A stretch of DNA of 59,014 bases, the filler included, from Basidiobolus ranarum (Eukaryota), in the NCBI GenBank assembly GCA_040143965.1. It is 4 parts of 4 records of this genome, joined end to end, with 100 filler letters (N's around TTAATTAATTAA, not from the genome) between each part and the next. Parts side by side here need not be neighbours in the genome. Positions count along the whole stretch, not along the records: positions 44,377 to 59,014 come from JASJQH010000417.1; 3 more parts are not named here. The stretch is one strand, 5' to 3'. Numbering within the stretch: the first letter of the stretch is position 1; every line of letters begins with the position of its first letter. The translations under genes were made by a program, and so were the position numbers. Positions 49,457 through 59,014 of the stretch are shown here, in pieces. A model generated the notes under the pieces. It saw nothing but the letters and a program-made list of their open reading frames with translations, ran no database searches and was not told the DNA's origin.

Positions 49457-52400
49457 GAATAGAACTTTTGGATGAGCTCAGACCATCACAAATATGTTTG
49501 TAAAGCATGGGTGAGAATTTGAGATGATTTGGAGAAGTTTTGAGAAAGTGGTGAAAAGGTTAAAAGTGATCTGGTTAATATTACCATCAGTTAGAGCAAT
49601 AACCATGCAAAATACAAATGTTTTAAATGGCATAATTGTGTGCCAAATAATCAAAATATGAATAATCTAACCACTGAAAAATGAGTTGCTATGTTTCCAA
49701 TTTCAATACTTCCACTCAACTAATTATTTTGTAGTTCTCTTATATTTAACCTATAACTTAATAATTCAAAATGTGCATTTGCTCAAGCTTTAGTTAAGAT
49801 GTCAGCAATATTTTCTTTAGTGGGGCAATAAACAAGTTCCATTATATCATTTGTTATTAATTTTCTAACATAATCATGCCTAATATTTACCTGTTTAGTT
49901 TGAGCATGAAATGTAAGGTCTTTAGCTGATGCAACACAACTTTGATTATCTTTCAATTCAGTATCAGCACACTTTGCATTTGTCCTAAGTCTAGCGATAA
50001 CTTGTTTAACCACTCAGCTTCTTGAGTATTAGCACCAGCAGCAATATACTCTGCTTCATTAGTGGATAGTGCTATGGTTAGTAGCTTCTTATTATTTCAA
50101 GTTATGGCTCCTTGTTCATAGAGAAAAGTGTATGCGGTTGTTGATCTTCTATTATAAAGGTATTTTACCCAGTTGGCATCACTGCAGACTTCAAAATTTT
50201 GTGCATCAGGTGTACCTGAGTCTTCCAGAACTACATATTCAGTTCCCTTCAAATACCTAGATATTTGTTTTTTTTGCAGTATAGTGCTCAGGTCCTGTAT
50301 TTTGAATATTGGCTGACATGTGCCTCTGCCATAGCAATGTCTGAACATATTCCAACCATTGTATGCATTAAACTACCCACCATGATTGCTAAGGGAACTT
50401 GTGGCTTGGATTTGATTCATTTTGGGTTGTATCAGATGAAATATTGGTTGATTTCACATTGGGATCCACTAGTTTTAGAAAAAGCTTGCTATTCTCCATG
50501 TTGAAGTGCTTTATTGTGTCTTGAATATATCAAGATGGATTTGGCGTGATTTCCAATGGGGTTTAACTCTCTGGATTTGTATTCCAAGAAAGTAACTAGT
50601 TTCACCTGTATCAGTCATCTGAAACTGGTTTGATAAGCTACTTCTTGCTTGATGAAGTACATCTAGATTGTTTCTGTCTGCAATAAAGTTGTCATCGTAT
50701 AGTGCCAAGATAAGGATCCTTTTTCTGGTTGTTATGATATAAAAACTGTGGTGTAATATGCATTTGGATTTTCAGTGATTCCAAACAAGTATCTATCTTG
50801 TTGTACCATGCCCTAGGTGTTTGCTTGTGTCCATATAGCAATTTTTGCAACTTTCCAACCCTCTCAGAACATTTAGCGTCAACAACTCCATCTGGTTGCT
50901 CCATTTAGATCCCTTCTATATTTTTATTTAGAAAGGCTCCCTAAGTATCCATTTGATGCAAATCAAGGTTATGGATGGCTGAGAGTGCAAGGATTGTTCT
51001 AATGAAGCTGAACACAGCCACTGGAGCAAAAAATCTATTAAAATCAACTCCTGCAGTCAGTGAATAACTTTTCCAAGTAATCTTACCTTGTACCTTTCTG
51101 TGGTTTGGTCAGTTTGATTTTTGACTTTCTAGACCATTCTGCATCTTATTGGCTTAGTCCATGTTTATAGAGCAATTCAAACACATGCTTTATTGTCATG
51201 AAGTGAGAAAAACTCATAAGACATTGCATTTCTCATAATTTTGATTCTGGACACTTTGGACCTTGATCTAAAGTCTGTAGCTGATTGCAAAATGCTGCAT
51301 AAACATAGATGTCATCATTGAGAGTATTCTACCAGTTCCCCAGCTAAGTTTACCATTGGGATAATCTTCTAGGTTCTGACTCATCCTCCAATGTAATTGG
51401 GGCAGGAATTTGGATTGAATTAGTCTTGGATAGAACCAGAATCATGTCAGACACTTCCAGAATATTGATGCTTGTGTTTTTGGGATCACAAACAGTGAAT
51501 TGAGGACATAATTTGTTCTTCATCAAAAATCACATCTCTGTACTTGATTCAATTCTAACAATTAAAGCCAAATAGTGTGTAGGCCTTAAAACTATTGTAG
51601 TAACCAAACAACGTGTGTTTACTGCTTTTAGACTTCAATTTAGAGTATTTTGAGTTGGAATTAGGCAGTAAACTGCGCAACCAGAGATCCTGAGATGATC
51701 CACCCTTGGTTTTGATCTATACAGGGCTTCAAAAGTAGTAATATCTCATAGCAATCTTGTTGGGCACCTGTCTTTGACATAAACTGCAGTAGAGACAGAT
51801 TTAGCCCAACATTGTCTGCATTAATCAAAACAAATAAGGGCAAAGTTCTGAGTGGATATTATCTCTAAAGAACTTGAAAATGGCTCTCTATGATGTTTTG
51901 CATATATACAATCTGCACACAGTTCCAATTTGGTGATATTGTCAATTGCTAAGCCTGAAACTAGCTTATGTCAGATTATTTGGGTAGGTTTATGTTCCTC
52001 AATGTGGCCAAATCTCCTATGCCACATTTATCAGCTTTTTTGCCAGCTTTGGCCACATTTGCATAATCCATAGGCAATTTGTTGATTTCTGGCTTGCATA
52101 AGCTTTGTGATCTTTGTCTTCATAGCTAATTAGGTGTTATTCTGTTATGTCATAGCACAACTATGTCCTCACCAGCTGTGTCTATTGCATAGGCATCTCA
52201 TTGGCAGACCATCCTTGTTCAGATGAATTTCAACCTGGAAAACTACTTTACTTTGTGTTAAAAAATGGGGGGAAGTGCCTGAATCAATGTACCACATTTC
52301 TGAGTCTTTGTTAGTGGCTACTCATATGGCACACACAAATAGATGATCCCTGTCAGTGCTTACTTATTGCTTGTTCTGATTTTAGCTTTGATACATACAT

Positions 52401-53492
52401 CCTTTTTCTGCAATCCTGGACTTAGTTGCCTGGCTACTCATAATGCTTGGAAATGATTGATTTCCAATTGTGGCACCATACATGAAGCCTGTTAGATGTT
52501 CTACAGTTCCAAAAATGCCTAATCTACATTATTGAGCCAAGGATTTGATCACCTAATTCCTGATTCAAAAGCCTGGCACCAAAATATTCCACTCTCAGTG
52601 GCTTTGATTGTGAGGCTAGGGATATTATGAGGAACCCAAATTTGCATAGTAGGCCCTCAAGTACTGTCATGTCTAAATCATTGTCATCTTGAGGTACTCC
52701 AATGGATAAGAGCAGTTCTACAATAGTTTTTATCCAATTTGTAGTATTCACCATGAATAATCTGAATTCTTCTGAATCAACATCATTTGTAGCCTAAGAT
52801 ATAGCCAATTAGCCAGACTTTGAGTCCCATACAGTCACTCAAGTGTTTCCCAAGCAGTTAGGACTTTTTTGGTGAAGTGTATATGCCTCCATTGATGGTC
52901 TCTGTGATGTAGACAGAGCATAGAGAGTGCTTTCCTCCTCTTCTTGTGAAAGGCAAGGATAGCTTCTGGTAGTCTCATTGGCTCTATTCCTTCTCCTGTA
53001 TCAAATACTAAAAGGGCCTTGTCTTCTAGTGCCATTTGCATCTTGAACGTCACAAGGTGAAAGTCTGCACCATCAAACTTCCCTGTGGATGCAAAAACAT
53101 TGGTAGTAGTATTGTTAGATATTCCTCAAATAGGTAGCTTGGGGCTCATAACCTGATTATAGTGTTTAGGTGATTTGGAAGTTTCTTAGGCAAGATTTGG
53201 ATTTATTAGTTAGATAATTTATTTTTAATTCATTGAATATATCTTATTGATGGCTTACAATAAAGTAGAACTATTGGATGAGCTTAGATCAAAACAAATA
53301 AGCCTGTAGAGCATGGGTACAAATTTGAGGTGAGTTGAGGAAATAGTGAAAATTGGTAAAAGTGATCTACTTGATATTTCTATCAATTTGAGCAATGAAC
53401 CAACATTTGCAACTGGCAGAATTGAGCGCTCAATACTTTGAGTGTGGATAAAAAACTATTAATTAATGAGTAGTTATTAACCTAATTAAACA
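49457..53492 (-). mobile_element. Near full-length decayed Ty1/copia family A element: 5' LTR 53492-53154, PBS 53153-53142, gag/pol remnants, PPT 49719-49709, partial 3' LTR 49708-49457
   Basis: PBS GGTTATGAGCCC; RT MEQPDG…LYGHKQTPRAWY and YFLGIQI; RNase H SDANW and YCPTKENIADILTKA; PPT TTGAGTGGAAG; similar LTR sequence at both ends. Confidence 0.9.
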
Positions 53493-53699
53493 AAAAAACA
53501 CTGAGGCCACAGATTCTGTGATATCAGAATTTTATAGTTAATCAAGTTGATGGAAGTGTTTTTACATTGTAATGTGATAATTTTATCCTCAATGACCTCA
53601 GATGATGACAAAAGATCAGTTTTCTTTATATCTTGTATTTAAAATTGCTTCAAACCAAAAAAATTGAAGAAACTGACATTCCAGTGGACCTATCAACTA

Positions 53700-54640
53700 A
53701 AATTCAGCAAACTGAAGTGCACAATACATCACCAGAAGCTGTGGCACCATTATCCTAAACCAGGAGATCAGTTTAGATGAGAAATAACCCTGCTTACTAT
53801 AATGATGAGTCTGAATAGTAGGCCTGTGTCAGTGGGATTCAAATGCATGTATCCCAACCTATAGAAGGGGCCATGAATGGCCCTCACACTAGTTTATAGA
53901 GATCTGCAACGGCTGATAAGTACCAGGCCTTGATTATTAATCAAACTTTAACTTTATTTAACTTACCTGAAGATGGGAAATCAATGTGCTGCCAATGGAT
54001 GTTTAGAGTTAAATACAACTTTGAAGGCAAAGTTGAAAGGTACAATGCTGGACCAGAAGCCAAAGCTCATTCCCAAAAACTGAGATTAATTTATTCAGAA
54101 ACCTTTGCTACTGCAGCAAGGCTTATTTCTATTTGCTTGTTTTTAGCAATTGCAGCTAAAAAACAGTTTATTAATTGTTACACCGATCTTAAGCTAGCTT
54201 TTCCAGATGGTGAGTTTGCTGAGAACATCAATGTGGACCAGCCAAATGAATTTGTGGAACCTGAAAACCCTAGAGAACTTCTGATACTCACTCTATGGCT
54301 TTTAATAATACCCAAGAACTTAGAAAGTCAGGATAGATGCTTTTTTGAAAACCTGGGCTTCAAAAGAGTAATGCTCAACTTGGTATTTACTTCCAGTCAG
54401 AGAAGGCAAACTCCATTTTATTTACTTTTTATGTTGATGACCAATTCTAACAATCAACAATGTCAGACCTTTGGAGAGAATCAAATCCAGCTTATCTGCT
54501 AAATTCCAACTGACTGATCTTGGTGAACTGATGTAATTTTTTGGAATCAAAGTTCAGATAAATAGAACTACCAAAGCAATGATTTGAAGCTTGTATTAGT
54601 ATATCCTAGAAATACTAAAGAAGTCAAAAATGTGAAAATG
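53700..54640 (+). mobile_element. Decayed copia RT fragment
   Basis: CQWMFRVKYNFEGKVERYNA…YSETFA…DLKLAFPDGE…DQPNEFV. Confidence 0.8.
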
Positions 54641-54716
54641 TAATCACTGAATTAGGTAAATATTGCTCAAATTTGGCTAACATACTGCTGATTCCCCATC
54701 TTGAAGTTTTGATAAA

Positions 54717-56560
54717 ATGACCAAATACAGATCATTGTTCCATTACCAAAGTACTAACCATAAAGCTGATGGTATTAACAATATTCTTGATGAATATCAC
54801 TACCAAAATTTGAAAAGTCATGGTTTCTTTGAGAAAACATATGATCATGCATTTGCCTTGGCTCTGGATGATTTTTCCCTGAACCAATATACCATTGGAA
54901 AGGCTGGTTGGCTGACAATTTTAATTAACTTAAATGTTCCTCCTTCTGAATTGCTAGAGAGTCACAACATCTTGATTCTATCCATCATATCTGGATCTAA
55001 ATCACCAGTTCTAACACATGGCTTCTTAGAAGTTTTGATTGTGCAATTTAAAAGATTATCCAATTGGTTCACATGGGCAAGTATTTTTTTAAAGCCAATA
55101 TTGTTGTATGTATTGGTCACACTCCTGCCATTAGTAAACCTAGATGTTTTTGCAGGCACAATGCAGTATCTTGCTGTAAATTTTAACAAATCAATGGAGT
55201 TTACTCTACCAGGCATACATATTACTACTATCCAATAAAACACCAAGTTCCATGATTTTACCATCAAGAGCCTGGTTACATTTCAGCTTGCTCACTAATA
55301 CCAACCCACTCAATAGTCAGTCTAATGTCAAACTTGGGATTAGCAGTTGGTGGATATTATATTGCTAAGGGGGCTCAGCTATACCTAGAGCTTCCCATTA
55401 GGCGCTATGCACTTACTATTTAGCAATATTCCAATGCTCCTACACTCAGCTATATAGTGGTATATTAAATATGCATGAGCCATTCAAGATAGGATCAAAG
55501 TTTGTATTAGTTGAGAAAATGCTTGAAAACACAAGATGCTATTGTATTTTACCAGGACTCCCATTAATGTTGGTGTTTATTCAGATGCAAAGACCAGAAG
55601 TATTTGATTTATTTGTATTCAAGTGGATTCTTGAAAAGATATCTGACTGATATGTATTAGCAACATCAGTAGTTGTTTGTGAATGATGTTATTATACTCT
55701 TATGGCATCCACTCACATTTGCAGATCTCAAACAGAAACAGCAACTGTGCAGAGATTTGGTATTTGGATACAAAAAACTTTATTACAGGTTTGAAGATGA
55801 TAGACTGAATCTATGCCCATGTTGAATACATTCCCTGCTGCCTCTTTCACAATGCTCAGAGATTATTGTCCTTTGCTATAAATTCTGGGAGTTCCCAAAG
55901 GAGTGCACCTGTGGTGAAATGATGCTCCGCATGAAATTGTCAGCTTTACCATATGCTAATCCAATTTACAATATATCAGCAAAACCAGTGATGGATGTAA
56001 TGCAAGGGGTTAAGGAGACTCCAGAGTATATTACATTCCAACAGAGGGCTTTTTTTGATGTGCTCATGTGTTTTTGCATTGTTTGAGCACAATAAGAACA
56101 AAAAGCCCAACCCATAGACTCAGAGTAAGTACTTCTATAAATAGAGTTGTTTGTTTGTGTGCATAAATGATGGTATTTCTAGGAAAGCTGTAAGACAGAC
56201 TTTTTGGTGAGCTAGTTCAAGATATGCAGCGTTATTGTTTTATCCATGGGGTAATCTATTCAGGTAGTGACACCTCCCCTTGTGGCATGATATTTGTTGA
56301 ATCCAAGTTGGATATATTTTGGCTGAATTCTTTATGGATATTTGCCAAAATCAAAGCCATTATTCTCATTGTGAATGGTAACAAGAGTAAGCTATTTGCC
56401 AAGTGTCAGTGCAATTCAAAATTTTAGATGTTTGGCAACTTTTCCACTGTTAATTAGCAGGCCAAGCATATTGCTGTTGTAGAGTTATGTCTGATTAGTT
56501 AAGTATGTGGATATGTAGAGACTGAACAAAACAAGATTTCTGTATATTTAGATTCTCATT
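54717..56560 (+). mobile_element. Decayed CACTA/EnSpm-like DNA transposase
   Basis: ALALDDF…WLTILINLNVPP…NILILSIISGSKSP…FLEVLI (Transposase_21-like), IGHTPA…HNA..CCKF, PLGAMHLLFSNI and IHSLL…FWEFPKECTCG. Termini not found; the right boundary is approximate. Confidence 0.72.
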
Positions 56561-56893
56561 AGGGCTTGAATACAAAGCCTGAAATAGTTAAATAAAGGCA
56601 TGAATCTTAATTCAAATTCCTATAGCAGTAAATTCAGTGACCTGCCATTTAAAATTAGTTTTTGCAAAAAATTGTTGGAAATTCAATAGCGAATGCCAGA
56701 TATGAGGATCAATATATTATCTTATATGAATACCAGCCAAATATCATTAAGAAGCTGTGGTCACACCATCAAAATCCCAGGCAAAATGCAAGCCTCCTAT
56801 ATTGTGATGGTTCTCTGATGATTTTGCATTACAGAAGGGTGGATTCAAGCTGGATCAAACTGATTTTATTTTTGTCAGGGATTAAACCACTAA

Positions 56894-58420
56894 TGTCACA
56901 ATGAGGAACTGGACAAGGACTGGAAATAACAACAAGAGGCTAGAAGGCAGGAGAGTACTTGGGTGTAGGCCACAAGACAAGACAAGACTGGACAGGGAAG
57001 ATACTTTGGCAGGAATCTTTATTGATAATTGACATCAATCAGACTGACATCTGATCAAGGAATGCAAGAGGTTTATATATATTTCAGGGTGAAACATAAC
57101 TGACTGAATAGGGAATATACTGTGGCAAGTTCAAGTGTTGGGGTGTTGGGGACTACAGGGACCTATACAAAGAGGGATGATGTAAGGATGATCAGGTGAC
57201 CTTGCATGATTGGTAAGATTTCATGGAATGTTCCAAAGAACATGACTTCCATATAAGGAGACCTGATAAACTAACACAAGATTGCCAAGAAAGGATGGCA
57301 CAGCAGATATGCTGTCATAATCTAATAATAGAAGAGTTTTCTTTGCAGTGGATCTGTATGCCAAGATCAGAATCATGACAGTATCCCCTTCTTTAGTGAT
57401 GCCTTCCAGACATCATAGGGCCAGGTCTTTCTGGGTAGGCTTCATGAAACTCCTGGCAAAGTTCCTTAGAATTGGAAAGATAATTTGCTGGCTCCCATGA
57501 TTGATCATTTGTTGAGTATCCCTTGCAGTCTACTAAATATTGCAATTTATATCAATAAATTCTGGAATCTAGAATTTTGCTAACTTCATATTCAGGGTGT
57601 TCTTCCTCTTGGATTGATGGTGGTGGGTCAATGGATTGGCCGTGAAAGGTGTGTCTGTGTCTCTAAGAGAGACACACAAAATACATTATGGACTTTGAAA
57701 TGGGCTGGTAGTTCAAGGTGGAAGGCCACTGAGTTGATTTGCTTACTAATCTTAAAAGGCCATAGTCTTTTATCATCAAGTTTATCACAAGGTCTAGTTG
57801 TTTTGATATTTTTCCGGAGTAGCCAAACACAATCTCCTGGCTTGAGATCTGGGCTTGGCTTTCTTTTCTTATCAAGAAAGTTCTTATATTGGGATTGAGC
57901 ATGACCCAACTCAGATATTAACTGTTTATGGATGTCCTTATGGAAAGTGGCATGGTCTGAGGGAGCAGGGCAAGGAATATTCAATGGCGGGTGATTTTTG
58001 ATACAAGGATGGAACCCATAATTTGCAAAGAAAGGAATTTGTTTTGTTGAAGTATGATAAGAGTTGTTGTAAGCAAATTCAACAAGAGGCAAGAGTTGTG
58101 TGCAATTATCCTGATTACAGTTGATAGTGCATTGCAAACATTGTTCCAAAACTTGATTGACTCTTTCTGTTTGGACATCAGATGGGGGATGGAAGGCAAT
58201 GGAGAGATTGGCAGGGATACCCAAGGTATGGAGGAGACTTTTCCAGTATTTGGAAGCAAACTGAGGTCCTTGGTCAGAGATGATAGTTTCTGGATGTCCA
58301 TATAGGCAGAAGTTACTTTGAGTCACCAATTCTTCTGTTTGTTTTGCTTAAATTGACTTGTTGCAGGGCACAAAATGGGCCATCTTTGTTAGATGGTCAA
58401 CAATTATCAGAATTGAAACA
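56894..58420 (-). mobile_element. Ty3/Gypsy chromovirus 3' part: integrase, chromodomain, PPT and 3' LTR (57380-56894)
   Basis: IVDHLTKMAHFVPC, IISDQGPQF, QTERVNQVLEQ, PFFANYGFHP, chromodomain EYEVSKILDSR…LQYLVDCKGY…SWEP, PPT AAAGAAGGGGATAC and LTR TGTCA…TGACA. Confidence 0.93.
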
Positions 58421-58489
58421 TGTAATTGCACAATAATAATGATATGAGCTTGGAGTGGAAATAAGTCAACCTGCCAGTGGGTAGAAATG

Positions 58490-58800
58490 CTGCCTCACTA
58501 CAGCAGATGCCCTGCAATATTGTGCTGCTCTGAATTAAGTTCTTCCCAGATATCTGCATGGACAACACCAGCCTGAATCTTAAGTTGAATGTTCTTCTTC
58601 TGCAGCCACTTTCTGCGCACTTGCACTGCATTTGTCCCTTTGTATTTTTGAGAATACTTCTCAAGTATTTTACTGTATTCATACATGCTTGTAGTGTGAC
58701 AACACAGAGGGTGCTTTGCAGTGTTTGTGTGGCTTTTTGCTTGCCTCTAACTTTGTGGCTAATTTCAACACTTTGGAAAGTATCAGTTGAGGTTGGAGAG
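58490..58800 (-). repeat. Unclassified repeated coding remnant, copy 2
   Basis: Homologous to 44377-44640. Confidence 0.7.
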
Positions 58801-58898
58801 CCATGAGTTTTATTTATTGATGTTTTGGCCTGATGAGTGGTGCCAGGTGTTGGTAAACATCCAAATTTAGCACTACGCCAGCCAGTGTACCTGGTTCC

Positions 58899-59014
58899 TG
58901 ATGAAAGTGTTTAGGGGATTTGGAAGTGTTTTGGACAAGATTTGGATTTGTGAATTAGACACTTAAGTTTTATTGAATTGAATATGTCCTATTTATAGTT
59001 TACTATGAAATAGG
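58899..59014 (-). mobile_element. Copia family A LTR, 3' end, cut by the window edge
   Basis: Matches 48614-48730 and 53154-53270 but is not followed by the GGTTATGAGCC PBS, so probably a 3' or solo LTR. Confidence 0.85.

Noticed and set aside
1..59014. tRNA, rRNA, snRNA genes and CRISPR arrays
   Set aside because: No convincing cloverleaf, rRNA or snRNA signature, or repeat-spacer array seen by eye; a covariance-model scan would be needed to exclude them.

Overview
Eukaryotic, intron-rich fungal genomic DNA with short GT-AG introns. The protein style suggests an early-diverging fungus (Zoopagomycota/Mucoromycota-like; inference only). The window is four separate segments joined by 100-nt spacers (44 N + TTAATTAATTAA + 44 N), so linkage across 14740-14839, 29530-29629 and 44277-44376 cannot be assumed. 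Segment 1: a satellite-like inverted repeat carrying a solo copia LTR with a 5-bp TSD, an AzgA purine permease, SLX4, BET1 and an orphan gene. Segment 2: HEATR6 head-to-head with eIF3a, an 8-Cys secreted protein, a Zn2Cys6 factor, TIM10 and a decayed copia element. Segment 3: a Gypsy LTR end, a tandem pair of secreted-protein genes (one with a single in-frame TAG), an aldo-keto reductase, COQ8, septin CDC3, a six-exon C1orf109/AIRIM-like gene missed by the ORF track, and the 3' part of P5A-ATPase SPF1 with two altered catalytic motifs. Segment 4: a CpG-poor nest of decayed transposons (two copia families priming from different parts of tRNA-iMet, a CACTA transposase, a chromovirus and an unclassified repeated ORF). 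All family calls are by motif recognition; no searches were run.
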